A stretch of 61,878 nucleotides of DNA. It comes from Flectonema sp. DT1601 (lineage: Eukaryota). A program made the position numbers and the translations under genes. The notes beneath the pieces were generated by a model that worked only from the letters and a program-made list of their open reading frames with translations, did no database searches and was not told the DNA's origin. The stretch is from assembly GCA_964019425.1 (NCBI GenBank), contig OZ025805.1:1116001-1177878 (forward strand), written 5' to 3'. Below are positions 1 to 11,400 of this stretch, one piece after another; within the stretch, counting starts at the first letter, position 1, and every line of letters starts with the position of its first letter.

Positions 1-595
1 TTCAAATAGAATTCAGTAGTCGTCTGTGTTGGTGGTGAAGGAGGCGCTGAACTTTGAAACTGAAAGGCACTAAGCAACTCTTTCCTGTTTCAGGTTCTTT
101 TATTTATATTTATTTGGTGACTCTCCTCCTCGTGTTTTCTTTCAAGTGATTCTAATCAACGCGTTAAATAATAACTTGGTGAATTCTGCTCACTTACTGC
201 TGTATTTATTTTCATTTTAATATGTTGAAGTGCTTGTCATATTTTCTAACTCACAAAGAACTTCGAGTCCCAAAAACTGTTTTTAGAGCAAAAAAATAAT
301 TGTTGCCGACCCGAGCTCACTTCTGCGACAGACTTTAAGTTCTCTCCTGTTTGAATACCACAATAGAACTCTTTTTGTTTGTTGCACGAAACTGTAGTTA
401 GATTGCCCTCTATGGCTGGGTCAGTTTTGGATTCTTTAAAATTGAAAATACCTTTAAAATGATTAAAACTCATGTGTTTTTGGGTTGGTTTTCCTTGACA
501 AGGTAGCAATTTTACGTTCAATAAATAATTTGTATTACTAATCGCTCAACAGGCGATACCAAAATGAATGGTTACCTGAGTTAGTAAATTAAGAG

Positions 596-3187
596 ATGCA
601 GGAATGGAAGCAGGTTTTCGGTTTTCTGAGAAATGTAAAAACTGGTTCTAATGTAGTAAACAAAAGTTGGACACCCGACAGACTGTTAGTGGCATCGATG
701 ACACTTAAAAGTAGATGTGAAGGCTTGCAAACCAATACTCACTCATCAAAACCAAAAGAATTAGTGAAAATATACGATGATTGTGAAAAAATATATTTAA
801 TACTTCAAGGTAGGCACATTCCGTTGAGACATTCGGTGAGGAGGAAATGTATTCGACAGCAGAGTAATCGAAACAAGCAACTCATCAACATTGATTCGTT
901 AGCTTTAGGGAATGAGATGTATACATTGCTACCTGCATTTGAGATGGCGTGTATGGCTAATCGAAAGTACGGTACTCGCTCTCCAATATTATATCAAAAT
1001 AATGGACTCGCCATGCTCTTACAAGTTGTATTATATTATTGGACAGTTATACCAAAACATCATAATTTATATAACGCCATAACAAACTTGTTGTTGTATG
1101 CAACGGCGAGATCGTCGGCAAACAAGCGACCCGACATGGAGATTGCTTTTCAACATAGCAGTGTGATTCTTGAACCTAGCAGGGAAGTTATTGTTTGTTA
1201 CGCTCTCTCAGTGTGTATGGCATTGTCTCATGAGTTTAGACCTGATACGAAGAATATTTATAAAAATAGAATTTCAGAATTGATAAAAAATGTTTTAAAA
1301 ATTGAAATTAACGTCTCAAAGCAAATAAACTCAAACCCGGTAACTCGATTCCTTTTCTCTGCTGCATTCCGACTAGTGGGAATGAGTGACTTACCATCAA
1401 GTGAAACTAAACTGATAATGAGCGTAGGTGATAACCAAGAATTACGATTTGTTGTTTGTGATCAAAAAACTGAATTTCAAAATGTCACTCTTCTATTACA
1501 CTTTGTTAAAACAATAATTCAAAGTTGCCCGAGTAAATTAACAACCTTAGGACCTGTATTCAGCTATGCAATAGACCTTCTACAGCAACCATTGGATTCA
1601 AACTTAAGATCAGTCACTACCCCCCTCCTGTTGGCATTATTAGGAGCGGTAAAGATAAATACAATAAAAAAGATATCCGTGTTCTGTGATTTCTTTGAAA
1701 GAAGTTTCACAATCATTCACAAAGACACTCTATGGGCTATGAGATACATGTTTCTTAACTACAGTTCCATAGCTGTTCCTGTAAAGAGTAAAACATCTAT
1801 TCTAAAAGGTTGCATTAGGATTTTACATTCATACGATCGCAGTATGAATAAAGGAAATATTTCAGGTGAAAACGAGGCTGCTAAATGTTCTGATTTGTCT
1901 TTATTACTACAGATCTTCTTACAGTTGGTGTGTTACGCTCCTATAACACCAGACTTATCGAGTGCTGATACTGGTATGCTTCGGTCGTTTATCAAGAAGT
2001 TACCTCCAGGGTTTCTTAATAATATCGTAACAGGGACTGAGAATCCTTACACTACTAGTTTTCGAGTACAATTAGCTCATGGGATTGATCTGTTGGAGGG
2101 TCGTGGTAGTTGTATACAGCCGGAAGAGTGGCACAAGAATTCATCTTTTTCAGTTTTTAAAGTTAAGCTGCAGTCATTCAACTGTTTCAGTAGAGGTTTG
2201 TGGAAACTCCTCGACGGTTCCTGGACCGGAACTATAGTCTACAGCGAAGGAGTTGTTTATGAGTTACGGTTACTTGGATCATGGTGTGTTTATCACAAAC
2301 ATGATAAAAACACGTACCCTGTTCAAGCTGCGGTAAGTTGTGCTATAGTGAAGCTACTAAAACTATCGTACACAACAGAACCAAAAACTGTTATTGATAC
2401 TTTGTGTTCTCTCTTGAATGCGATGGAATCTTGGGAATATGTTCCAGCTGAAGACCTTGTATTTCTGATTTTCATTGCACTGAAGAGAACTAATGTAAGT
2501 AACCCAGTTGTTAATTGTGATCTTGTGAGGGAATCACATAGAGCAATGGGAAACAGATCTTTATTATCATTTTCAAATGGTGATCCTCGAGATGTCATCT
2601 CCATAATAAATATTTTATCTGCAGAAGTACATTTCATCAAAGCAATCCCACTGTTTGCGTTGTTGTCGATTATTTCTTGTAAGTTATTAAATAAAACATC
2701 CTACGAGCATATGAAACAGCTAATTCAAAGCATGAGAAGATTTCTTATCAGAGGCAGACACAGAAATGAATCATCTGACGAATTCGAAAATAACATTCTA
2801 CCGGAACTCGAAGACGCACTAATTGAGATACCGTGGCCGAAATCACCTCCTCTTCTTATTGAGATTTTTAGCTTGTTTATGCATGCTGAGCATGATTTAC
2901 ATTTTCGTGGTTGTACATCTCATCTTTCTGAACGTCTTCATCGTGAAATTTTTAATCCAAATTTTATAAGTGAGTTTCCACAAAGTCATTTTAACAACTG
3001 CATTAGATACATTTCATCTAAATACTACTATTCTGATGGAACCATTCAACATGATCCGATCAATGCTTTGATTGATGCCGTGGCTGATTCTCAATCATCA
3101 TACGAAACCAATTCTTGGAAAGACATCGAAACTGACATTAAAAACAAAACTGAAGACCATTTCCATGAATTACTAACAACTCTGTAG
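596..3187 (+). CDS. Hypothetical protein, 863 aa, Leu-rich and probably alpha-helical
   Basis: Long uninterrupted ORF on the cluster strand; no recognisable motif. Confidence 0.75.
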   Translation: MQEWKQVFGFLRNVKTGSNVVNKSWTPDRLLVASMTLKSRCEGLQTNTHSSKPKELVKIYDDCEKIYLILQGRHIPLRHSVRRKCIRQQSNRNKQLINIDSLALGNEMYTLLPAFEMACMANRKYGTRSPILYQNNGLAMLLQVVLYYWTVIPKHHNLYNAITNLLLYATARSSANKRPDMEIAFQHSSVILEPSREVIVCYALSVCMALSHEFRPDTKNIYKNRISELIKNVLKIEINVSKQINSNPVTRFLFSAAFRLVGMSDLPSSETKLIMSVGDNQELRFVVCDQKTEFQNVTLLLHFVKTIIQSCPSKLTTLGPVFSYAIDLLQQPLDSNLRSVTTPLLLALLGAVKINTIKKISVFCDFFERSFTIIHKDTLWAMRYMFLNYSSIAVPVKSKTSILKGCIRILHSYDRSMNKGNISGENEAAKCSDLSLLLQIFLQLVCYAPITPDLSSADTGMLRSFIKKLPPGFLNNIVTGTENPYTTSFRVQLAHGIDLLEGRGSCIQPEEWHKNSSFSVFKVKLQSFNCFSRGLWKLLDGSWTGTIVYSEGVVYELRLLGSWCVYHKHDKNTYPVQAAVSCAIVKLLKLSYTTEPKTVIDTLCSLLNAMESWEYVPAEDLVFLIFIALKRTNVSNPVVNCDLVRESHRAMGNRSLLSFSNGDPRDVISIINILSAEVHFIKAIPLFALLSIISCKLLNKTSYEHMKQLIQSMRRFLIRGRHRNESSDEFENNILPELEDALIEIPWPKSPPLLIEIFSLFMHAEHDLHFRGCTSHLSERLHREIFNPNFISEFPQSHFNNCIRYISSKYYYSDGTIQHDPINALIDAVADSQSSYETNSWKDIETDIKNKTEDHFHELLTTL

Positions 3188-3367
3188 ATCAATTTATCCA
3201 AAAAACGAGAAACCGCACGTTGTGCGAAATCTCTCTTTGTAGGGGTTAATTCCTTCATTGATTATTCCATTGTTATAAATAACACTTATGACTCCCAGGT
3301 GAATAGAATATGTTAAGAATGACTAATCGTATTTTATAATATAATTCTACAGTAATGTTATACAAGC

Positions 3368-4639
3368 ATGGGTCGTGACACACATTTTAATATGTCGATA
3401 CCAACACTGCTGGTGATGATAATCATGTTGGAGAGTTGCACAGCAAAAGTCTGTGAAACTACTGCCTCGGATAGAATGAGAGAAGTGCAGTTAATATTTC
3501 AAAGAACTACTCACACGGATATTGACATTGGATTTGGTACCCACGTTGCTATACAATGTATCGAATATGATAAAATACAAACATCAGTTAACTACTGCAA
3601 TGATTTACTTAATATCAAACTATGCGACGGGACCAAATGCTATTTCGTTCCAACCGGATTCACAGGAGTGTCTCGCCAATCGACAGAACCACTCAGATGG
3701 TTTATAAGAGCGAGTGCTGAACATATGCAAGCGCAGTGTTTACCTCTTCATTATCGGGTGTGTTTTGTATCTCTCTAAAGGCATAGTTTGTAATCAAAAT
3801 AAAATAATTTAAAAAACAAACAGATTAACATCGTATCTTCTGTTGAGGACAAATCAGAAGCTCCTGACAGCAGCGTGACACTGATGATTGTATTCTCAAT
3901 TATTGTCGGAATCGTATTGTGTGTTTGTATTTGGGTGATGTGTTGTAAATTAAAAAGAAAGATTCAGAGTAAAAAAACAACTGATAGCTTACAATCTGTT
4001 CAAATACCAATATTTGAGAAATCACCCTTAACCAAGTCAGGAGTGTACTCAGTTAGGTTAACTAGCAACGTTAGTGATGTTGATTTTACTGATGGTCTGT
4101 TTACAATTAGCAGTGAACGTATTTATTGTTTAAAACCTGATTCTGGATGTGAATCCGTGATCTCTGATCTTTGGTGTGATCCTTGCTTAGTGACACTTCG
4201 ATTTATGCATCACACTACCAAGGATAAATCATCTCTTAGAGTTGACGATTACTCCCTCAGAGTTATAACAAACACCAGATTAGATGGAATTTTAAGGCGT
4301 TGGGAAAACGGTCAAGAGACGACACACGATGTAGTTTTTGAGAAGGAAACTGAAAGTTCAAAACGTAGGTCGTCTTCAAGTGAGGTATCAAAAGAATCTT
4401 TAAAAGCGGCGAGTAAACAAATTAATAATTCGATTCAAAGTAGACGTCGATCGTCTAAATCAGAACAACATTCGACTGTCGACAATTTTAATGAACTTTT
4501 AAAATCACCTGTTCTGGACACCGAGCTGCTCGGAGATTCACAAAACAGGTCTTCTTCACTCTCTTCAGTCCCAATAAGATCAACGAGTCTGAAGTCTCTT
4601 CCTGAGGATGGCGGCAATCCATTGAACTCAACGAAGTGA
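3368..4639 (+). CDS. Type I membrane protein (~401 aa); exons 3368-3757 and 3824-4639
   Basis: Intron 3758-3823 (GTGTGT...AAACAAACAG) joins the 136-aa and 254-aa ORFs in frame. Signal peptide, Cys-rich ectodomain, TM segment (LMIVFSIIVGIVLCVCIWVMCC, then KLKRK) and Ser-rich tail. Confidence 0.75.
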
Positions 4640-5562
4640 TTAATCACTATTACTGTCCTCGTCATCTGTGGTGATTTGATATCTGTTTGTTTGTTTCTCT
4701 CTTTTTTTTTAAAATATTTAATGCCTCATGATTTCTATCTCGAGGTACTGCTGCGCTGTTTTTGTTGCCCTATTTTATTAATTAATCCTTGGCTGGACCA
4801 TCGAAGTCGCTGTAATGTAATTGTTTGGTTGTTGCGGTTTCTGTTTTGTTATGATTGCTTTTCCCCTCTTTTTTTTTTTAAAAAGTTTTTTTTTTTCTTA
4901 CACCGAATACCTTCTTGTAGCTCTCATAGTTCAGTTGGGTTACTTTTGGTATTTTTGGTTTCTCATTGAAGGAAGCTCTCTCCCTTGCCTTATTGGGCAG
5001 CATGAAAATTTTCTTTCAGTTGGCTGCGGCTCCGATTTAAAGGCGATTGTTGTGAAAAGAAAAAAAATCAAGTTGGGGGAAGTATTTGCTCGTAGTTCAC
5101 AGAAATTACTTTGATTGGTTTAATATTTTTGAGTTCTCACTCACCGAGTTGTTGCAGAACCACTTCTCTCCTATTTTAAGATAAGAGGGGCGGTCTCATT
5201 TTTTTTCGCTTCACTTTTCTGAGGAAGCTTAACTCGAGTCATTATTGTTTTTCTAAATTGTTTTTTTTTTTTTGTATTCTCTCGTTCCCAGCCTTTGACC
5301 CCCCCCATCGTAAGCTGTTGTACTTTCTCTTTAAAGTTTTAACCTTTGACAGTTGTCTTGTAGTCCATTGTCGTCTCTCTCATGAGTATGGGATATTATT
5401 TATTTAGACTCATCAGATTACATTAAGAATGTAAAGCCTAGGTTACCTGAAGGTGTCTTACGGTGTATAAAAGATTAAGTAAAATGATACCCTTCGCTTG
5501 TGTTATTTTTATATAAACTTTATTTTTTTTCAATCAGTAAAGTAAACAAGTCTTAACAAGCA

Positions 5563-6270
5563 ATGAAGCGCCTCATAAGAACGCACTCTGCTATGCTGCA
5601 TAAACTGCAGAGGAGGAGATTTGATTTTCCGTTGGGAGGTCTTCCGAAAGTGTTCGAAGATAAGAACATACAAAAAGACGCTGCGGCATACGTTGAAGGA
5701 TTTGAATATGAAAAAATAGAAAGGAAAGCTGAGGATTTCAGATTCATAAAACCAAAAGATTGGGTCATTGAAGAAACTCACTCCAATGGAACTCATGGAG
5801 AAGTCATCACTAGTTGGAACTGTCGTCCAGAACGAACTCGAGATCAACAAGGTAGACAAGGAATGGGACGAATGATGTCAACTGCGTTTGTTATTATAAG
5901 TTTTAAACCTCCTCCAACTTATGAACAACTTCTTATAAAACAACCTCATCGGGTTGTGTTTAGACATTGGATGGATAATTGTCATAAATCACTTATCGCT
6001 GAAGAGTATAGTGAGTTAGACGTCACCTACGGATATCCCTGCACTCCTTATGCTGATGATGCTGGTGGATCATACGCCTGGAGTACTGGAATGTTTCGTA
6101 AAACTATTAAAATGGTTCAGTATTGGAGATTTATTGTTCATCCAGACTACGATAGAATATTTCTCATCAGCTATCAGACTACTCCCGATGTCTTAGGAGA
6201 CCATCTCGCTCAGAGATGGTTTGGAATGAATTTAATTGAGAAAGTTGAGACTGGACCGTTCATCTTCTAG
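5563..6270 (+). CDS. Hypothetical protein, 235 aa, with a mitochondrial-type presequence
   Basis: Basic, acid-free N-terminus (MKRLIRTHSAMLHKLQRRR); protein-like composition. Confidence 0.7.
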   Translation: MKRLIRTHSAMLHKLQRRRFDFPLGGLPKVFEDKNIQKDAAAYVEGFEYEKIERKAEDFRFIKPKDWVIEETHSNGTHGEVITSWNCRPERTRDQQGRQGMGRMMSTAFVIISFKPPPTYEQLLIKQPHRVVFRHWMDNCHKSLIAEEYSELDVTYGYPCTPYADDAGGSYAWSTGMFRKTIKMVQYWRFIVHPDYDRIFLISYQTTPDVLGDHLAQRWFGMNLIEKVETGPFIF

Positions 6271-6382
6271 AAATGTTCAACAACATAACTAATAATGTTG
6301 TTAGGTTAGTTAAAGTACTATTTTTTGACTTTTATTGGTAACTCCATTTTTTTTTTTTATCTTTTCAAAGACACACCACAAT

Positions 6383-8191
6383 ATGCGACAGCACAACAGA
6401 GCTGTTTTTAAAAAACAACATCCGCATGGTGGAGGTCTCAGAGGACTGGGTGGAATATCATATCCAAAAGACGCACGGGAAGTCAGAGAATACGAAGTAC
6501 CTGCACCAGTCATTGATCCACACGGTGGTGTAGTTCCTCCTGCAGGGTGTAGAGTAGTCATCACACAGGGGATTGATGACTCGGAAAGTGGTAGTGCGAT
6601 ATTCTATACTCTTGATGGAACCAAACCAACAATACGATCGAATTTATATGAAGGACCCATCACAGTACTCCCTCCGACTATTCCTCAGCTTTGCGTCAAA
6701 GCAATCGCTGCGAAGGCGGTCAATTGTTGTTCTGAACCAGCTTCTGAAGTGTTTTCATTCAAATCATCAGAAGCGACACCACCTCCAAACATCTCATGTG
6801 ATGGTGATGTGATTGAGATACTTGCTCATCCGAGAGCGACAATCTACTTCTCTACCGTACTGGGAAGTGATCCACTTGATGGGTATTTATATACAGGTCC
6901 ATTCAGCCTGTTGTCTCATTCAGCGAAGACTTTTGTAATCACAGCTGTGGCAATCATACCAGGGATGGTTCCTAGTGAAAGGATTTCATTAAAAATAGAT
7001 ATCAACGCGAGTACTGTTGAGACCCCGAGAAGAAGGACTTCATCACCTAAACATGTTCGAACTTCAACAGGTGGAGATGTTGAACCGCAATCAAGTATTG
7101 AACTTTCTTATAATAATTCACCTCCAGCATTGATTGTGACCATCCAACCTGATCCACATTGTGACTGTCAGTACTCGAGAGACAAGAATTCTTGGATTCC
7201 AATACCAGCTTCTGGACAACTAACCATACCACTGGAATCATATGAAATGTTTTACGTTTTCAAAACAACTTCTCCAAACGGAAAGTTTTCATTCAGCTAT
7301 CTCTTCATCCCTCCCAAACCTCGTTGGGAAGCTGACTTAAATCAAAATTTCTCTCTCGACACGGCCATCAAATGGCTCTGGGAAGTACATCACCAGTTAC
7401 CTCTTCTTAAAACCGAATTCCTAAAATATCGATATTGCAAAAGCACTCTTGACGTTGCAAATGCTTTGTCCAAAATGGAATCTGCTGTCTTGATGGTTCT
7501 GTTTCACTTGTCGGCGGAAAAAATAGTTTATGAGGGAATTGAACCTGTTCCAGGACAGGAAAATGCGACTCCAACTGATAGGCATTTCAACGAACCTGCT
7601 GATGCGCTGCTTTCTTTATATCACGCTTTGATAGATGCTCAGAAAGGAGGTCCTGGATCTGGTGGTGAAGTTATTGTGTTGAATTGCCTTAAGAAAGCAG
7701 TTAGGCTGACTAAGGAACTTTTACAACTACTTCCGGATAGACCAGCTGGAGTTACGGTACCAAAATGGCTTCAAAACATTAAAGACTTATACACAAATAA
7801 AATATGTAAATCTGATGACCCACAAATTGTCGAATGCTGTGAAGAAGCAGTCAAGGGATGTCGAAGTGATAATGAGCTACCAGAGTACGCTGATGCAACT
7901 GGTGGATTGGTTGGGTTGTTGCTGAAGAAGTTATCGCAATCAGAAGAAGAAAAAGATAAACTGAAAGCAGACTTGTCACAAGCATCTGTCACATGCGACG
8001 AGTTACAAAATCAAATTGACATTCAACTCGCATGGCGTAATGGAGCTCGAATTAGAGAAGCAAAGCTAGAAGCTCGCATTGAAGAACTTCGCAGATCACA
8101 ATCTCTTGGGGGTCCTACTCTGAATACCTCTGTGACGGAGGTAACACCAATTGTGTCATCTCACTTAGCATTCCAAATAAATCCAGATTAA
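6383..8191 (+). CDS. Protein with two chitobiase/beta-hexosaminidase C-terminal (Fn3-associated) repeats and a C-terminal coiled coil
   Basis: Motifs IFYTLDGTKPTIRSNLYEGPITV and IYFSTVLGSDPLDGYLYTGPFSL; first ATG is at 6383; heptad-rich C-terminus. Confidence 0.75.
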   Translation: MRQHNRAVFKKQHPHGGGLRGLGGISYPKDAREVREYEVPAPVIDPHGGVVPPAGCRVVITQGIDDSESGSAIFYTLDGTKPTIRSNLYEGPITVLPPTIPQLCVKAIAAKAVNCCSEPASEVFSFKSSEATPPPNISCDGDVIEILAHPRATIYFSTVLGSDPLDGYLYTGPFSLLSHSAKTFVITAVAIIPGMVPSERISLKIDINASTVETPRRRTSSPKHVRTSTGGDVEPQSSIELSYNNSPPALIVTIQPDPHCDCQYSRDKNSWIPIPASGQLTIPLESYEMFYVFKTTSPNGKFSFSYLFIPPKPRWEADLNQNFSLDTAIKWLWEVHHQLPLLKTEFLKYRYCKSTLDVANALSKMESAVLMVLFHLSAEKIVYEGIEPVPGQENATPTDRHFNEPADALLSLYHALIDAQKGGPGSGGEVIVLNCLKKAVRLTKELLQLLPDRPAGVTVPKWLQNIKDLYTNKICKSDDPQIVECCEEAVKGCRSDNELPEYADATGGLVGLLLKKLSQSEEEKDKLKADLSQASVTCDELQNQIDIQLAWRNGARIREAKLEARIEELRRSQSLGGPTLNTSVTEVTPIVSSHLAFQINPD

Positions 8192-8406
8192 TAATTATTA
8201 CTCTATCTTTCCTTTTTGTATCTATTCTTTAGAGTTTTCAATGTAGAAAGACTTGTTTGTCTTCTTCTTTCTTCTTAATTCCGTTACTTCCTTTTAGAAG
8301 GATAAATTAAAATGTAAAATATAATTTTCTTTAACATGTTCAAAGTAAGTTACAAATAAATAATTTCAACACCACACAGGAGAGGGGATCATATATAATC
8401 AATAAA

Positions 8407-11400
8407 ATGGGTAGCGACCCAACACAAGTTGACTGTATCCTGAATGCTAAAGAAGGTAGATTAGTACTTCAGGATGGTACGGTTATCAAGGGAAAGTCTT
8501 TCGGAGCTGATAAGTCAATTGCTGGAGAAGTTGTATTTAACACAGGTATGGTTGGATACCCTGAATCACTTTCTGATCCATCATACAAAGGTCAAATCTT
8601 AGTTATCACCTACCCATTAGTTGGTAACTACGGAGTACCAGACAGAAATGAAATTGATGAGAAGACTGGATTGCCTCGATTCTTTGAATCTGACAAAGTT
8701 CAAGTCAGCGGTGTAATCGTCAGCGACTACAGCTACGAACCAAGTCACTACGCAAGTACCTCATCATTGGGTAATTGGTTAAAAGAACACAATGTACCTG
8801 CTTTGTATAATATCGATACTCGTATGCTTACAAAGATTATTAGAGAACATGGGTCTCTACTTGGAAAGATTCTTCTCGACGATAAGAATATCGACTTTGA
8901 GGATCCTAACAAGAGAAATCTGATCGCAGAAGTATCCAACCCTGAAGTTAGAACATACGGTACTGGTAAGTTTAAGATCTGTGCTGTTGACTGTGGTATG
9001 AAGAATAACATCATTCGTTACTTTGTTCATCACACTGACTCAACTGTAAAGGTTGTTCCATGGGATTATGATTTCAGTGGAGAAGACATGGATGGTTTGT
9101 TCCTTTCAAACGGTCCTGGTGATCCAGACACTATGGGACTCACTATTGATAACATTAAAAAGGTCTTAGTCAGAGAGCCTCCAATCCCAATCTTTGGAAT
9201 TTGCATGGGTCATCAACTTCTCGCGAAGGCAGCTGGAGCAAAGACTTTTAAAATGAAGTTTGGAAACAGAGGTATGAACCAACCTGTTATCGATATGCGT
9301 ACCACCAGATGTTACATCACTCCACAAAACCACGGATTCGCTGTTGATGAAAAGACTCTTCCAGAGGATTGGGAGCCACTGTTCTACAACGCGAATGACT
9401 ACACCAACGAAGGTATTTGTCACGTTTCAAAGCCATTCTTCTCTGTTCAGTTCCATCCAGAAGCGATGGGAGGTCCAACTGACACTGACTTCTTGTTCCA
9501 CATGTTCCTCAACAGAATCTCTGAGAAGAACTCACGTGTTACAATCGTCCCAATGAGACGCAAGCCAGACTGCAAGAAGATTTTGCTTCTGGGATCAGGT
9601 GGTCTTTCAATTGGTCAGGCCGGAGAGTTTGACTACAGCGGATCTCAGGCTATCAAAGCTTTGAAGGAACACAATTTACGTGTTGTTTTAGTTAACCCGA
9701 ATATCGCGACTGTTCAAACTTCGAAAGGAATGGCTGACGAGGTTTACTTTGAGCCAGTCACTCCAGAACTTGTTACAAAGATTATCGAAAAGGAAAAGCC
9801 TGATGGTATTCTTCTCCAGTTCGGAGGACAAACTGCTCTCAACTGTGGTGTCGCTCTTCGTGACGCCGGAGTTCTTGAGCGCCACAACGTCGAAGTGTTG
9901 GGAACACCAGTAGACGCTATCGTAGCAACTGAGGATCGTGAAGTATTCGCTGAGAAGTTGGTTGAAATTAATGAGAAGGTTGCTCCTTCCATCATTGCGA
10001 ACAACGTAGAGGAAGGTATGAAGGCTGCTGAAAAGATTGGATACCCAGTTCTAGTTCGTTCTGCCTTCGCTCTAGGAGGTCTTGGTTCTGGATTCGCCTA
10101 CAACGCAGAGGAAATGAGGGAGTTGGCAACAAAGGCGTTTGCTGGAACTGAACAAATTATTGTTGACAAGTCCCTCAAGGGATGGAAGGAAGTCGAATAC
10201 GAAGTAGTACGTGACGCTGAAGACAATTGCATTACCGTCTGCAACATGGAGAACTTTGACCCTCTTGGTATTCACACTGGTGACTCAGTTGTTGTAGCGC
10301 CGAGTCAAACTCTTACTAACGACGAGTACTACACTTTGAGACGTGTCGCTATTAAGATCGCTCGTCACATTGGTATCGTAGGAGAGTGTAACGTCCAGTA
10401 CGCTGTAGACCCTCACAGCAAAGACTACTGCATTATTGAGATGAACGCTCGTCTGTCTCGTTCTAGTGCTCTCGCGTCAAAGGCCACTGGATACCCTTTG
10501 GCATACGTTGCTGCTAAGTTAGCTCTTGGTACTAAACTTCCGGATATCAGAAACGCTGTCACTCAGTCAACCTGCGCGTGCTTCGAGCCATCTTTGGATT
10601 ACTGCGTCATCAAGTTCCCAAGATGGGATATGAGAAAGTTCTCTCGCGTCTCCTCAGACATCGGATCAGCCATGAAGAGTGTTGGTGAAGTGATGTCTAT
10701 CGGACGGAAGTTCGAGGAAGCATTCCAAAAGGGATTGAGAATGGTTGACGGTGGAATTGATGGATTCGGTGATTTAGCCGCCTGCAAGGAGAATGAAACT
10801 ACCGAAGAAGAGCTCGACGGTCTGCTGTCGAACCCAAGCGATCGCCGTGTCTTCGCCATCTCTGTTGCTCTTAACAGAGGATACTCAGTTGATAGAGTTC
10901 ATAAGTTAACAAACATTGACAGATGGTTCCTTGGAAAGCTTCAGAACCTCGTTGAGATTGAACAGCGTCTTACCAAAGCAAAGAAACCTCTTCCATCAGA
11001 CCTCCTCGTTCTCGCAAAGAAGTCAGGATTTAGTGACGGCGGTATTGGACGTGTCGTCGGAGCTACTGAAGAAGAGGTTTGTCATTATTATTTTTTACAC
11101 CATCAGGATCCTTATGATTATCATCTTTAACATAATAAATTAAAACACAACAAACAGATCCGTAACTTGAGATCCCGTAACGGAATCTTCCCAGTTGTGA
11201 AGCAGATTGATACCCTCGCAGCAGAGTTTCCTGCAAAGACTAACTACTTGTACACAACTTACAACGGAACAGAAAACGGTATGTAGATACATTGGTTGTA
11301 CTTTATGTTATGAATATTGAAGTCATTGAGATGGTTAATAAAATATATAAAAAAAAAACAGATCTCGACTTCCCAGGAGGTGGTGTGATGGTTCTCGGAT

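Noticed and set aside
1..73. Possible 3' end of an upstream gene (...VVKEALNFETERH-stop)
   Set aside because: All three + frames contain stops near the window start; too short to support.
564..584. Short uORF (MNGYLS) before the 863-aa gene
   Set aside because: AG dinucleotides just before ATG 596 could be the real acceptor, which would exclude it; no evidence of function.
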